DNA from: Thermoproteota archaeon
GTDB lineage: Archaea; Thermoproteota; Thermoprotei_A; Sulfolobales; NBVN01
Reading direction: 5' to 3'
Length of the DNA: 64,000 nt
NCBI GenBank assembly: GCA_030550455.1
Contig: JAUQPH010000001.1
Span: 64,259-128,258 of the forward strand
Shown here: in pieces, positions 46,967 to 57,310 of the stretch
Layout: each line of letters starts with the position of its first letter
Position numbering within the stretch: position 1 is the stretch's first letter
The notes under the pieces: model-generated
Database searches by the model: none
What the model was told of the DNA's origin: nothing
What the model saw: only the letters and a program-made list of their open reading frames with translations
Made by a program: the position numbers and the translations under genes

Positions 46967-47325
46967 AGCGTACGGGACCGACTAACGTAGTTATAAGGAA
47001 GCTAGTTAGAGAGTTAAGAAAGACCTCTAACCAACACGGTGCTAGAGTGTGGGACTACGTAGCCGACTTACTGGAGAAACCCTCAAGAAGACGTATAGCA
47101 GTAAACCTGAGTAAGGTAAGTAGATTCTCAAGTCATGGAGAGTACATCGTAGTACCTGGGAAAGTCCTTGGAGCAGGAACCTTAAAGAAGCCAGTAACCA
47201 TAGCGGCTGTATCGTTCTCAAGGAAGGCCCTAGAGAAGATCCGTAGTGCGGGAGGTTCAGCCATCCCGATTGCCGAGCTTCTAAGAGTAAACCCTCAGGG
47301 TTCTAACGTGAGGGTGATAGTATGA
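46963..47325 (+). CDS. rpl18e: 50S ribosomal protein L18e
   Basis: 120 aa with KRTGPTN...LVRELRK. It follows rpoD in the conserved order. Confidence 0.9.
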   Translation: MKRTGPTNVVIRKLVRELRKTSNQHGARVWDYVADLLEKPSRRRIAVNLSKVSRFSSHGEYIVVPGKVLGAGTLKKPVTIAAVSFSRKALEKIRSAGGSAIPIAELLRVNPQGSNVRVIV

Positions 47326-47777
47326 GCTATAACAAGGAGATCGTAATAGATGCTGAAGGTCTTATCTTAGGTAGACTGGCTTCAGTAGTAGCTAAGTTCC
47401 TTAAGTACGGGTACAGAGTTTACATAGTTAACGCAGAAAAGGCCGTAATAAGTGGGGACCCGCATACGGTTAAGGAGTCGTACGCTCTGTGGTTTGAAAT
47501 CAAAACACTGAGGAACCCAAGTAAGTGGTCTCCACACAGACCTAGGAACCCTGTCTCCATAGTAAAGTATGCCGTTAGAGGAATGCTCCCGAAGAACCCA
47601 TTTAAAAAGATCACGTTGCTTAAGAAGCTGAAAGTTTACGTAGGTTACCCGGAAGAGGTAAAGAAAATGAATCTGACTGCTATTGAGGTTCCTGAGGCTA
47701 GAGCTAGCAAACTTAAGCACGAATATGTTACAGTAGGTGAGGTAGCTAGGTATCTAGGTTGGAGGGGTGAGGCATGA
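47322..47777 (+). CDS. rpl13: 50S ribosomal protein L13 (uL13)
   Basis: 151 aa with IDAEGLILGRLAS.VAK.L and AVRGMLPKN. Confidence 0.9.
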   Translation: MSYNKEIVIDAEGLILGRLASVVAKFLKYGYRVYIVNAEKAVISGDPHTVKESYALWFEIKTLRNPSKWSPHRPRNPVSIVKYAVRGMLPKNPFKKITLLKKLKVYVGYPEEVKKMNLTAIEVPEARASKLKHEYVTVGEVARYLGWRGEA

Positions 47778-48223
47778 GTTCGAGTACGCCATCCAAAGTG
47801 GACGCCTCAAAAAGCAGGCAGTTAAAGGTTGTAATAGAGATCGGTAAAAGAAAAACAGCAGTAGCGAGAGCCACGATAACGCCGGGTTCTGGTAGGGTTT
47901 GGGTAAACGACATTCCAATCGAAATATTTCCAATAGAGCTAGCCAGAATAAAAATGATGGAACCTCTCCTGCTTGCTGGTGATATTATAAGGAAATCTGT
48001 AGATATAAGCGTTAAAGTTTCCGGAGGAGGTTACATGGCTCAAGCTGAAGCCGTTAGGATGGCTATCGCTAGAGGGTTAGTTAGGTTCACGGGTAGTGAG
48101 GAGCTTAAGCAGATATTCAGAGAATATGCTAGGTACATGCTATCCGGTGACCCTAGGCAAACAGAGCCAGAAAAGTGGATGAGGTATAGTGCTAGAAGGT
48201 GGAGACAGAAGTCCTATAGGTAG
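47774..48223 (+). CDS. rps9: 30S ribosomal protein S9 (uS9)
   Basis: 149 aa with [10 protein letters not shown]...GSG...VN and a C-terminal DPR..E.KK...ARR..QKSYR-like tail. Confidence 0.9.
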   Translation: MSSSTPSKVDASKSRQLKVVIEIGKRKTAVARATITPGSGRVWVNDIPIEIFPIELARIKMMEPLLLAGDIIRKSVDISVKVSGGGYMAQAEAVRMAIARGLVRFTGSEELKQIFREYARYMLSGDPRQTEPEKWMRYSARRWRQKSYR

Positions 48224-48230
48224 GTTACCC

Positions 48231-48431
48231 ATGATAATTCCAGTAAGATGTTTTACTTGCGGTAAGGTAATCGGGCATCTCTGGGATGAGTATGTCAAGA
48301 GGGTAGCGAGTGGTGAAAACCCGGGGAAAGTACTTGACGAGCTTGGAGTTAAAAGATACTGCTGCAGGAGAATGTTCCTATCGCATGTAGATTTAATAAA
48401 CGAGATCGTTGTATATGGGAGAAAGGTGTAA
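48231..48431 (+). CDS. rpoN: DNA-directed RNA polymerase subunit N (Rpb10)
   Basis: [17 protein letters not shown] ... LG..RYCCRRM is the canonical RpoN sequence. I moved the start to ATG 48231 because the track ORF (48189) adds an unlikely extension inside rps9. Confidence 0.9.
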   Translation: MIIPVRCFTCGKVIGHLWDEYVKRVASGENPGKVLDELGVKRYCCRRMFLSHVDLINEIVVYGRKV

Positions 48432-48434
48432 AAC

Positions 48435-49088
48435 TTGAGCGCGCAGAAGCGGTACCTAGATGAAGCTCCCAAGTTAGTCTCGGAGTTACTGGCTCCATCA
48501 GAGCTTTACCTAGAGGCAGGAGTTCACATCGGGACGTACGTCTGTACTAAATATATGAGGAAATTCGTTTATAGGTCTAGACCTGATGGTCCATACATAC
48601 TAGATATTAGGAAGATAGACGAGAGGCTCAGAATAGCTGCTAAGTTTATCTCGTCATTTGAACCTCGCTCTGTACTAGCTGTTTCCTCGAGACCTTACGG
48701 ATTTACACCTGTCCAAAAGTTCGCAGAGTTTACTGGTGCTAGGTTCGTTACCGGTAGGTTCATCCCCGGGACTATAACTAATCCATACTTAGACATCCAC
48801 ATTGATGCTGAAGTCCTGATAGCTTCGGACCCCAGGGTTGACGAGCAGGCTATTGAGGAGGCCTCTAAGGTTGGGATACCTGTTATCGCTATAGCGAGTA
48901 CAGACGCTAAGTTGAATAACGTAGACCTAGTTATTCCCGGAAATAATAAGGGAAGGAAGTCCCTTGCGTTAATCTATTGGTTACTCGCAAGGCAAGTGCT
49001 ACGAGAAAGAGGCGTTCTTCAACCAGACGCCAACTTACCAGTGAGCTACGAGACCTTCGAGACTAAGGTGTCAACTGTTGAGCGTTAG
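48435..49088 (+). CDS. rps2: 30S ribosomal protein S2 (uS2)
   Basis: 217 aa with LLA....[10 protein letters not shown] and DPR.D.QAI.EA...GIPV.A...TD. Confidence 0.9.
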   Translation: MSAQKRYLDEAPKLVSELLAPSELYLEAGVHIGTYVCTKYMRKFVYRSRPDGPYILDIRKIDERLRIAAKFISSFEPRSVLAVSSRPYGFTPVQKFAEFTGARFVTGRFIPGTITNPYLDIHIDAEVLIASDPRVDEQAIEEASKVGIPVIAIASTDAKLNNVDLVIPGNNKGRKSLALIYWLLARQVLRERGVLQPDANLPVSYETFETKVSTVER

Positions 49089-49941
49089 AAGACCCGCAGT
49101 CTCGGGACAGTTTTATGAGAGTAGTTCAGACGCGTTAGTAAGGCAGATCGAGTGGTGCTTTCTGCATAACTTAGGTCCGCAAGCCATTCCTAAAGCTGAA
49201 GCGTCTCCGGAGAGAGTAAGTCTCGGCTTCGTAGTTCCCCACGCTGGTTACATGTACAGCGGTCCAGCTGCGGCACACGCATACTACGCGCTATCCATGG
49301 AGAGAAAGCCTAAGACAATTGTGTTGATAGGACCTAATCATACGGGGGTAGGACCCTCCGTATCTGTTTACCCGGAAGGACATTGGGAAACGCCATTAGG
49401 GAGAGTGCCCGTAGACTCAGAGCTGGCCAAACTTATTGTCGGTAGTAGTAGGTTCGCTAGACTTGATACTACAGCACACGAGCACGAGCACTCCATAGAG
49501 GTCCAGATACCGTTTCTACAATATGTCCTCAAACACGATTTCACTATAGTACCGATCACTATTCTTAATCAAACACCCAGAGTAGCCGAAGACTTAGCTA
49601 AGTCGATATTATCGGCTATTCAGCTGTCTAAGAGAGATCCCCAGGATGTTGTCGTAATAGCTTCATCAGATTTAACTCACTACGAACCTCATGATATAGC
49701 GTATAGGAAAGACAAGCTCGTGATCGAAAGAATTGTCCAACTAGACCCGGACGGCTTGTTTAGAGTAGTTGTAGAGAAGGATATCAGCATGTGTGGACCA
49801 GGAAGTACTATGACGCTCATCTATTTTGCCAAAGCACTAAACTCGGGAGGAGCACGCCTCTTGAAGTACTTTACCTCAGGAGACATAACCGGCGAGAAAA
49901 GCTGGGTAGTAGGGTACGCAGCTATACAGGTGCTACGATAA
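49078..49941 (+). CDS. MEMO1-family protein (AmmeMemoRadiSam system protein B-like)
   Basis: 287 aa with [18 protein letters not shown] and GPNH. Its position after rps2 is common in archaea. Confidence 0.85.
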   Translation: MSVRRPAVSGQFYESSSDALVRQIEWCFLHNLGPQAIPKAEASPERVSLGFVVPHAGYMYSGPAAAHAYYALSMERKPKTIVLIGPNHTGVGPSVSVYPEGHWETPLGRVPVDSELAKLIVGSSRFARLDTTAHEHEHSIEVQIPFLQYVLKHDFTIVPITILNQTPRVAEDLAKSILSAIQLSKRDPQDVVVIASSDLTHYEPHDIAYRKDKLVIERIVQLDPDGLFRVVVEKDISMCGPGSTMTLIYFAKALNSGGARLLKYFTSGDITGEKSWVVGYAAIQVLR

Positions 49942-50054
49942 CTTCATGCTATTTCAAGTTACGTAAAAGTCGTTATTTGGGTTTCGGGTTGGCGACCAGC
50001 TATTAATGAGCGGTACGATTTGAGTTATAGCTCTCTTCTCGTGGATCGATAAAT

Positions 50055-50612
50055 TCAAAGGTACGGCATTATGGCGTTAAGCCCGTTTAGGTGTCCGTAG
50101 ATCACTTCTTCCAAAATCGACGACCTCAGTAGCCTACTGCCTAGAGCAATATATGCCCGTTTTTCTCGAGTATCTAACCCAAGCAAAACGTACACCTGTA
50201 TAGACTCCAGAGGTGGCTCCGGAAAACATAGCAGTCTAAGTATAGCCTTAAAAATGTCGGTGACCATGGCTTTAGCTCTAGTGTCTTGCGGTTTTAGTAC
50301 GAGGTTCTCGATAGCGTTTGTCTTCAGAGAGGAGTCAACGGTATTCAGTACTTTCTGATAATACAGAAGGTTACATCCACTAGAAAAAACTACTGGATAA
50401 TCAGCTGGAGCAGATGTTTCTATTCTTATACTCTTCACACTTCTCGATAGTAAAACCATTATAACGTCTTTACTTAGTGTAGATGAGAAGAAGCAGTCTA
50501 ATAAGACCATGTCTTTCCGGCAAGACGGCTTTATTAGTAGGTGCGGCACCCATAAGTAGCTGAGATTCTTCGGTAGCTTGTTAACGGAAACGTCAATAAA
50601 CATGTCTTTCAA
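50055..50612 (-). CDS. hypothetical protein
   Basis: 185-aa ORF lying 36 nt downstream of rps28e on the same strand. I recognise no motif. Confidence 0.4.
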   Translation of the reverse strand: MKDMFIDVSVNKLPKNLSYLWVPHLLIKPSCRKDMVLLDCFFSSTLSKDVIMVLLSRSVKSIRIETSAPADYPVVFSSGCNLLYYQKVLNTVDSSLKTNAIENLVLKPQDTRAKAMVTDIFKAILRLLCFPEPPLESIQVYVLLGLDTREKRAYIALGSRLLRSSILEEVIYGHLNGLNAIMPYL

Positions 50613-50648
50613 CTCGCAAAGAGCTTTCCTTAAGGATCGTAAAAAGCG

Positions 50649-50936
50649 TTACTTAGCCGTCAATTTTCTAGCTTCTCTTTCAGTTTCTCTGAGTATTATT
50701 ATGTCACCTACTCTAACGGGGCCTTTGACGTTCCTAGTTATCACTCTTCCTTTATCTCTACCATCTAGAACTCTAACTCTTACTTGAGTTATCTCTCCAG
50801 TGACCCCAGTCCTACCGACTATCTGAAGTACTTCAGCTGGAAAACCGAACTCCTCTACTACGTTAACATCGGGTTGAGTTAAATCGACTTTCCTGACCTC
50901 ACCCACTTCCAGCACCTTCTTTATCCCTGCATACAC
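50649..50936 (-). CDS. rps28e: 30S ribosomal protein S28e
   Basis: [65 protein letters not shown] is nearly identical to the crenarchaeal S28e consensus. The start may be GTG 50915 rather than GTG 50936. Confidence 0.9.
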   Translation of the reverse strand: MYAGIKKVLEVGEVRKVDLTQPDVNVVEEFGFPAEVLQIVGRTGVTGEITQVRVRVLDGRDKGRVITRNVKGPVRVGDIIILRETEREARKLTAK

Positions 50937-50938
50937 GC

Positions 50939-50952
50939 TTTAAAGCTTTAAA
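50939..50952. promoter_or_regulatory. tandem TTTAAA boxes in the 48-bp divergent rps28e / rpl24e intergenic region
   Basis: The sequence is cTTTAAAgcTTTAAAgc. The palindromic A/T boxes at 50939-50944 and 50947-50952 lie at distances compatible with TATA boxes for both divergent genes. Confidence 0.3.
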
Positions 50953-50984
50953 GCAAAGTTCTGCAGTATACGGGGGAGTGCTGC

Positions 50985-51167
50985 GTGCCTAAGGTATATA
51001 CATGCAGTTTCTGCGGTGGGCGGATAGAGCCCGGGTCTGGACTGACTTACGTACTTAGGAGTGGAGTGATACTTCACTTCTGCTCTAGTAAATGCTTTAA
51101 GAACTTCAAGCTACGTAGAGACCCTAAGAAGACTCCTTGGAGTGCCTACTATGTGAAAGCAAAGTGA
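50985..51167 (+). CDS. rpl24e: 50S ribosomal protein L24e
   Basis: 60 aa with the zinc-binding CSFCG...HFCSSKC motif of L24e. GTG start. Confidence 0.9.
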   Translation: MPKVYTCSFCGGRIEPGSGLTYVLRSGVILHFCSSKCFKNFKLRRDPKKTPWSAYYVKAK

Positions 51168-51173
51168 TCCCAG

Positions 51174-51608
51174 TTGACTCAGAAAAGAGAGTTCTTGCTG
51201 ATTAAACCCGATGGAGTTAAGAGAGGCTTAGTGGGGGAGATAATAAGAAGGCTGGAGATGAAGGGTTTTAGAATAGTTAGGCTCAAAATGCTTCAGCTAA
51301 CTCGTGAGTGTGCCGAGAAGCTATACGACGTGCATAAGGGAAAGAGCTTCTATGAGGAGCTAGTAAAGTTCATGACCTCAGGTCCCGTAGTTGCTCTGCT
51401 GATCGAAGGAGAAGAAGCCATAGACGTAGTTAGAACTATGATAGGACCAACAGATGGCAGAAAAGCGCCTCCTGGGACTATAAGGGGAGACTTCTCAACT
51501 TCTATACTCGAGAACATCGTTCACGCCGCAGATAGCGAGGAGAGAGCTCAATACGAAGCGTCAATAGTATTTAACCCAGATTGTTCCCTGAACGAAAACC
51601 CGTGGTAA
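51174..51608 (+). CDS. ndk: nucleoside diphosphate kinase
   Basis: 144 aa with EFLLIKPDGV.RGLVGEII, GPV.A....G and the active-site NIVHAADS. Confidence 0.95.
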   Translation: MTQKREFLLIKPDGVKRGLVGEIIRRLEMKGFRIVRLKMLQLTRECAEKLYDVHKGKSFYEELVKFMTSGPVVALLIEGEEAIDVVRTMIGPTDGRKAPPGTIRGDFSTSILENIVHAADSEERAQYEASIVFNPDCSLNENPW

Positions 51609-51949
51609 GCTTTTCCAGCTTCTCTGAAGACGGTGTACTATAGATGTTATTAATGCCGACTAAAAACGCGGCTAGTCTTAATAAATAGATGGTTTGGTTT
51701 ACGATAAACTAACTTGGATTAGTGAGACAGTGTCTCTAGTATCTAGTCACGGGGTTCAGCTCTGATATAGGTTTATATTTGGTGTTGTCGTAGTCTCACC
51801 TCTTCTCTCCCCGCATCAGTCTTGGGTCCGCATTACACTTGGGGGCTTTCGGGAGACCCCGAGCACCACATCTTGAGTGACTCGGGGAGAGCTTCTCCCG
51901 AGGTTCTCGATTTCTCACTAAAGTACCTCCGCGTATGAAGCGTTAGAGG

Positions 51950-53090
51950 CACTTGCAAGCGTTTAGATCCACATCAACAACGTGAACAGATGTAGAACCC
52001 GAAACAGCTACGTGAGGCTACAATTAAAACTTTTCTTATCTGTTGTCAGAGAGCTGTATTTCGTATAGCATCGGTTTTTCGTCTCTGCACCACCAGTAGT
52101 ACCATGGTATAGAACTTCCGCTCACGTCTTTAACACTAACGCACGGAGTCGTGTATATTCGGTCGTCCCTACCAGCTCTGTAGAAGTGTACTGTGAGGGT
52201 ACACAACTGTTTTAGTGTGCTAGGTTTTTTGTGGGTCTCTCTAGGAGGCTTAGAGCTCTTGATGTGATTAAGTTTAGCAATGTTTATAAACCAATGAGTA
52301 ATAATTGCTCTTGGTGACCCTGGGTTTCCGAGACCTACGGCAGACCGTGGGGAGGGGGCTCAGGGAAACCGTGATGACCTGCCCTAGGAAAACCTACAAA
52401 ACCTAGAGCGGGAAACGGTTGCCGACCAAGCATCAGCCGAAAAGGTAAAGCTCACGTCTATGCCTACTAACACCTCATCCTTCTCTTCTGTAGGAGTGAA
52501 AGATATCGTCCCCTAGTGTCGGCCCTATAGCATACCAAGGTGCTGGAGGTATGAAGCTCAGGTACTCCTTCTCGTAGGGGAAGCGTAACTCGAGCTTGAC
52601 CATGATTTTAGGCTTCTCCGAACGCCCAGCTGTTAAAGAGTATCGCTAAGTCGTCTTGATAAGCATAAACAGTCACTACAGGAACTAATCTAGTAAAGCG
52701 ATCGATAGGTACCTATACCACCTCCTCATCAAAACCCCAGGAAAAATCGAGGTCTCAAAACTAAAAACCTTACTCACTACAGTATAAAAGGTCTCAACCG
52801 AGAGCGCGTTATGCGAGTTCGACTTTGAATAATAAAGAAGGCTAGTAAGATTTCCTAACTTCATTGTGTAAATCAGACCTTCCCACTGCTCTGAAGGAGT
52901 TCGGCTCCCATGCAGGTCTGTATCGGTCTATTCCATCGCTCCACCTCTTCCGCACCTTGCTCGTGGTTTCATCAGCTCGGAAGCTCTCAAGGTGTCCATA
53001 GATTTCCACGTCTCTAGAAACAGTTACACGGGGTCAGTATCCACACTCCTCTATTAAGCTGTGCCGAGCCTCAGCATCACATTCTACTGG
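51950..53090 (-). pseudogene. decayed TnpB (IS200/IS605 orfB-type RNA-guided nuclease) gene
   Basis: No ORF of 60 aa or more exists here. Minus-strand frames give short TnpB-like segments broken by stops and frameshifts: ARHSLIEECGY (compare ALHRMLYSEL in the 57.5-kb fragment), VSRDVEIYGHLESFRA, the RuvC-I-like VLVGIDVS (from 52474 downward) and HWFINIAKLNHIK...YTTPCVSV. Confidence 0.45.
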
Positions 53091-53194
53091 CGTTGTTCAG
53101 TTAATAAAAAAGATTCGTTGGTCTTGAAGTTTGCGGCAAATAGACTCTTTATTAAGGTCTTTAAAGCCTAAGCCCTGGTAGGGGCTATGTCATG

Positions 53195-53271
<77 letters not shown>

Positions 53272-53563
53272 CTCTTTACTAGTACATCAAGGAGTATTTA
53301 AGCTTCTGTAATTGAGGTTGCTTTCAACCGATGCCCTCACTCATGGTGGTGGAGTCAGCTCAAGCTGTAAACAATTACAGAATCTCACAACTCTTAAAGC
53401 ACCTTAAGTTTAAGTTTTAAGTAAAGGTTTTGCTTCCCAAAATTACGAAGTCCAGTAAGCTTAGGGTGAGTGGAGTTATAAGATAGTGTGGAAAGCAAAG
53501 GTAAGATTATAAGCTTTTAGACTCTTGTTGAAGTGGTGACTAGTAGCAGAGAAGCTAGCAAGG

Positions 53564-53803
53564 GTGTTGCAGATGGTATTAAGACACGACGGAGGAATAA
53601 AGTGCCCTGTATGTGATGGAAAGGCGGCAATAATAGCCGAGAAGTCTATGTCGAACGGTGGCTCAATAGTTCGGTACCTTCTAAAGTGCTCTTCCTGTGG
53701 CTATCGCGATGTGCTACAGGAGGTAACTATAACCAAGTCTGAAAGCGGATTAAAATTGAGGATAGGCTCGCTCAGTACACCAAGTAAAGGAACCAAGCTG
53801 TGA
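53564..53803 (+). CDS. small zinc-ribbon protein, unknown function
   Basis: 79 aa with CPVC ... CSSC spaced about 35 residues apart. The start may be the internal Met (MVLRHDGG). Confidence 0.45.
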   Translation: MLQMVLRHDGGIKCPVCDGKAAIIAEKSMSNGGSIVRYLLKCSSCGYRDVLQEVTITKSESGLKLRIGSLSTPSKGTKL

Positions 53804-54051
53804 GCTTTGCTTAAACTATAAAACGATTTTAGGTTTAACACCGACACTAAGTCTTTTAAAAACGGCTATTTATTCTGTCCTTCATTGCTAGTGGTTATGC
53901 CATGTTTTAAGACTGTATCGACTTCTAGAGATGCGCGAAGACCTTTAGCTAGCTAGATTATGTAAAGACCCAAGTACGGAGAATACCTCGTAGAAGCGTA
54001 CGGTATTTTTCTTTAATTATCCTAAGTGTAGGTTCTATTAGGATGTGAGGA

Positions 54052-55563
54052 ATGAATATTTCACGAGAGTTGAAACTGCCTCCTAGGCTTTACGCTATCG
54101 CTAAGTCTATCTTAAGTCTCAGAAAGGCTACAGTAGATGAGATAGCTAGAGCTGTTGGTAGGCGTGAGCAAGATATAATGCGAGACATAGCGGAACTAGA
54201 GAGACGAGGGCTTATAACCACCTCTAGGAGGACCTACTTTAAGGTCGAGCTCAGCGAGAGAGGCAGGAGGTATCTTAGTGGTGGCTTGCCGGAGGAGGTG
54301 GTCTTAAGGGAACTCATTAAAAGCGGGAGAGTTCATGTAGGCACTCTGAAAGAGCTAGGTCTTGACGATGACGAAATCGAGGTTGCTCTGGGAATTTTAA
54401 GGATGTTCGGTGCTATAAGAATACGAGGGGGAACCATAGATTTAGATACAACTAGAGTTCAGAAAGTTCAAGAGTATATTCAGAGTGTTAAAAAAGAGTT
54501 GGAGAGATATTCTCTTCCAATAACTCTAGCGGAGCTATCGGACTCTATACGCGAGGTTAGAAGAAGGGGTTTGGTCCTCGCTCGCGAGCACAAGGAGATA
54601 GTTGTAGAAGCAACAGACCTCTTAACTAATTACTCCGATAAACTGATTCCAGGTGATATTGTAACAGTCATCACCCCTGAGATAATAAACCTCGAGACTT
54701 GGGACTCTATAGAGTTCAAGCCGTTTGACTTAACCGTAGAACCACCTAGGTATCCGATTGTTAGAAAGCACTTCTTCACTGAGGTGATAAACTATATGAG
54801 AGATTTAATGCTCTCTTTGGGATTTGAGGAAGTTAAAGGACCCCACGTTGAGCTAGAGTTATGGAATTTCGATGCTCTATTCGTTCCACAATACCACCCA
54901 TCCCGTAGACCAACCGACGTATACGTGGTTAACACGGAAGCAAGCGAGCTTCCAAAAGTAGAGCACCTGGTTTCCGCTGTCGGCAGATACCATAAGGAGT
55001 TTAGAGGGTACAAGTGGGACCCATCGAGGGCGTTAAGGCTTGTTCTTAGGACTCACTGTACTTCCGTATCCGTTAGGACTATCTGGGAGAGAGGTCCAGG
55101 GGATTACAGGGTGTTTACGATAGACAGAGTATTTAGACCAGATACTCCAGACCCAACACACTTAATGGAGTTCCATCAACTCGACGGAATCATAGTTGGA
55201 GCAAGAGTGTCCTTCAAAGACCTTCTCCAGTTCTTCCGAGAATTTGCTCGCGGCCTAGGGCTGGGAGAAGTTAGGTTTAAGCCTGCTTACTTTCCGTTTA
55301 CAGAGCCAAGCGTGGAGGGGTACGTTAAGCACCCAAAGCTCGGGTGGATAGAAGTGTTGCCAGGAGGTATGTTCAGGAGGCAAGTACTCGAACCACTTGG
55401 GCTTAAGGGGTATAACGTAGCTGCTTGGGGTATAGGTGTGGATAGAGTTGCCATGATTCTATTAGGAATTAGTGATATTAGAGATCTCTATACTGATGAC
55501 GTAAGAGAGGTAGAGAAGGTGGCACTCCCTAAGGTGATACTCGGTGCCGGTAGTGTCAGTTAA
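54052..55563 (+). CDS. pheS: phenylalanine--tRNA ligase alpha subunit
   Basis: 503 aa. N-terminal winged-helix repeats are followed by class-II motifs (FVPQYHPSR, FRPD..D.THLMEFHQLDG, GIGVDRVAM). Confidence 0.95.
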   Translation: MNISRELKLPPRLYAIAKSILSLRKATVDEIARAVGRREQDIMRDIAELERRGLITTSRRTYFKVELSERGRRYLSGGLPEEVVLRELIKSGRVHVGTLKELGLDDDEIEVALGILRMFGAIRIRGGTIDLDTTRVQKVQEYIQSVKKELERYSLPITLAELSDSIREVRRRGLVLAREHKEIVVEATDLLTNYSDKLIPGDIVTVITPEIINLETWDSIEFKPFDLTVEPPRYPIVRKHFFTEVINYMRDLMLSLGFEEVKGPHVELELWNFDALFVPQYHPSRRPTDVYVVNTEASELPKVEHLVSAVGRYHKEFRGYKWDPSRALRLVLRTHCTSVSVRTIWERGPGDYRVFTIDRVFRPDTPDPTHLMEFHQLDGIIVGARVSFKDLLQFFREFARGLGLGEVRFKPAYFPFTEPSVEGYVKHPKLGWIEVLPGGMFRRQVLEPLGLKGYNVAAWGIGVDRVAMILLGISDIRDLYTDDVREVEKVALPKVILGAGSVS

Positions 55564-57199
55564 ACTGTGGGATATAGCTCGCTTATTAGGAGTATACTTA
55601 GACCAAGACTCTCTCTCGAATTTCTTCGACAACTTTAAGCTAGAAATAAAGAAATTGGAAGCCGATACTCTCACTTACGACGCGCCTCACGATAGGCTAG
55701 ACCTCTACTCAGCTGAGGGGCTGGCGAGAGCTATATCCTACTATGCCGGCTTTAGGAAGCCAACTAAGTACTCGATATCCAGGAGCGACGTCTTCGTAGA
55801 CTCTAGCAGGGCACCGGACTACAGACCTTACGTCTTAATGACCATTGTTCGAGGAGTGAGGCTCGATGATGAAGCAATTAGCCAGCTGTTTCAGTTGCAG
55901 GAGAAACTGCACTTGACTCACTGCGGTAACAGAGAGCTTGTTTCTATAGGTTTATACGACTTAGATGTCCTGAGGTTCCCGGTTTACTATCGGGAGGTCG
56001 ACACAGTAACCTTTAGGCCTCTGGGATACGAGAGAGATATGAGTGTGCGTGAAATACTAGCGGAAACTGAGAAAGGTAGAGAGTACGGGCATCTAGTTAG
56101 AGAAGGTCGGTATCCACTACTCGTAGACTCAAGTGGGGTTGTCCTCTCACTCCCACCGATCATAAACTCTGAAGATACTAAAATTACGGAAAGAACTAAG
56201 AACGTGTTAATAGACGTTACGGGAACAGAGCCGCACCTAATGGCTTCAATACTTGCTGTTATGACCTTAGCTACTTACGAACGAGGTGCGTCAGGTATAG
56301 AGGTAGTCCCGGTAGTTCAAGGAGCGACGACTGAGAAGTTAATTAGCGAATTACTGATGGGGAGAAGACTGATCGTTCGAGCTGAGAGAGTGGTGAACCT
56401 AATAGGAGTAGACGTAAGCTTTCAGGAAGCGTTAAAGCATCTAGGAAGATACGGGTATATCGTTGAATCTGCGAGTGAGGACTCAGCTACTGTCTGGGTA
56501 CCACCGTATAGAGTTGACGTCATCGATGAGGACGATATAATAGAGGACATAGCCATCTCCATGGACTACAATAAGATAGTTGGGAAAATGGAGCCTCCGA
56601 CTAATCGCGGTATAGAGCACCCTCTGGAAACTATATCCAAGTATCTGCGGGACATATTAGTTGGTTTGGGATTCACAGAAGTTTTGAACTTTATGCTAAC
56701 CGATCCAGACTACCTCATGGCTTTAGGTTTCACTAAGTTCATTGATGTTAAAAACCCGAAAATGAGAATGTACTCTGCTCTTAGACCTTCGCTATTACCT
56801 GGAATTCTCAAGAGTTTATCTAGGAATGTAAAGAAGTACGGATTCCAGAATCTAAGGATATTTGAGATCGGAGACGTTGTTGACCCAAGAACACTAGACT
56901 CGTTGAGAGCCGTATCTGGGGCAATATACGGACTAGGTACTACATTAACTGATGGGCTAGCAGTAACTAAAACAATCCTCGAAGTATTTGGTCTAAGACC
57001 ACAGTTCGTAAGATTTGAGGAGTCAGAGCTAACTATAGATGAGAGAACAGCTGCTGTAGAAGTTAATGGAGTTCTCGTTGGTATCGTTGGTGAAGTTCAT
57101 CCAAAGCATCTAAAGTATCTAGAACTAAAAGCGCCTGTCGCAGTATTTGAAATCTCTGTCAACAAGCTAGCCGAAGTTCTTGGAGTCAGGGTTTTTTAG
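55544..57199 (+). CDS. pheT: phenylalanine--tRNA ligase beta subunit
   Basis: 551 aa with archaeal PheT B3/4 and B5 domains. It overlaps pheS by 20 nt. Confidence 0.95.
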   Translation: MPVVSVKLWDIARLLGVYLDQDSLSNFFDNFKLEIKKLEADTLTYDAPHDRLDLYSAEGLARAISYYAGFRKPTKYSISRSDVFVDSSRAPDYRPYVLMTIVRGVRLDDEAISQLFQLQEKLHLTHCGNRELVSIGLYDLDVLRFPVYYREVDTVTFRPLGYERDMSVREILAETEKGREYGHLVREGRYPLLVDSSGVVLSLPPIINSEDTKITERTKNVLIDVTGTEPHLMASILAVMTLATYERGASGIEVVPVVQGATTEKLISELLMGRRLIVRAERVVNLIGVDVSFQEALKHLGRYGYIVESASEDSATVWVPPYRVDVIDEDDIIEDIAISMDYNKIVGKMEPPTNRGIEHPLETISKYLRDILVGLGFTEVLNFMLTDPDYLMALGFTKFIDVKNPKMRMYSALRPSLLPGILKSLSRNVKKYGFQNLRIFEIGDVVDPRTLDSLRAVSGAIYGLGTTLTDGLAVTKTILEVFGLRPQFVRFEESELTIDERTAAVEVNGVLVGIVGEVHPKHLKYLELKAPVAVFEISVNKLAEVLGVRVF

Positions 57200-57310
57200 A
57201 AGCTAGAAATCGCGCGTGCTTCATTTGCTTGCTGATTCAAGCTTTCAATAGTTTCAACTACTGCCTATCGCAACTGTTTTGGTTTTCATATTGGTTTATT
57301 TCGCTTGTTG

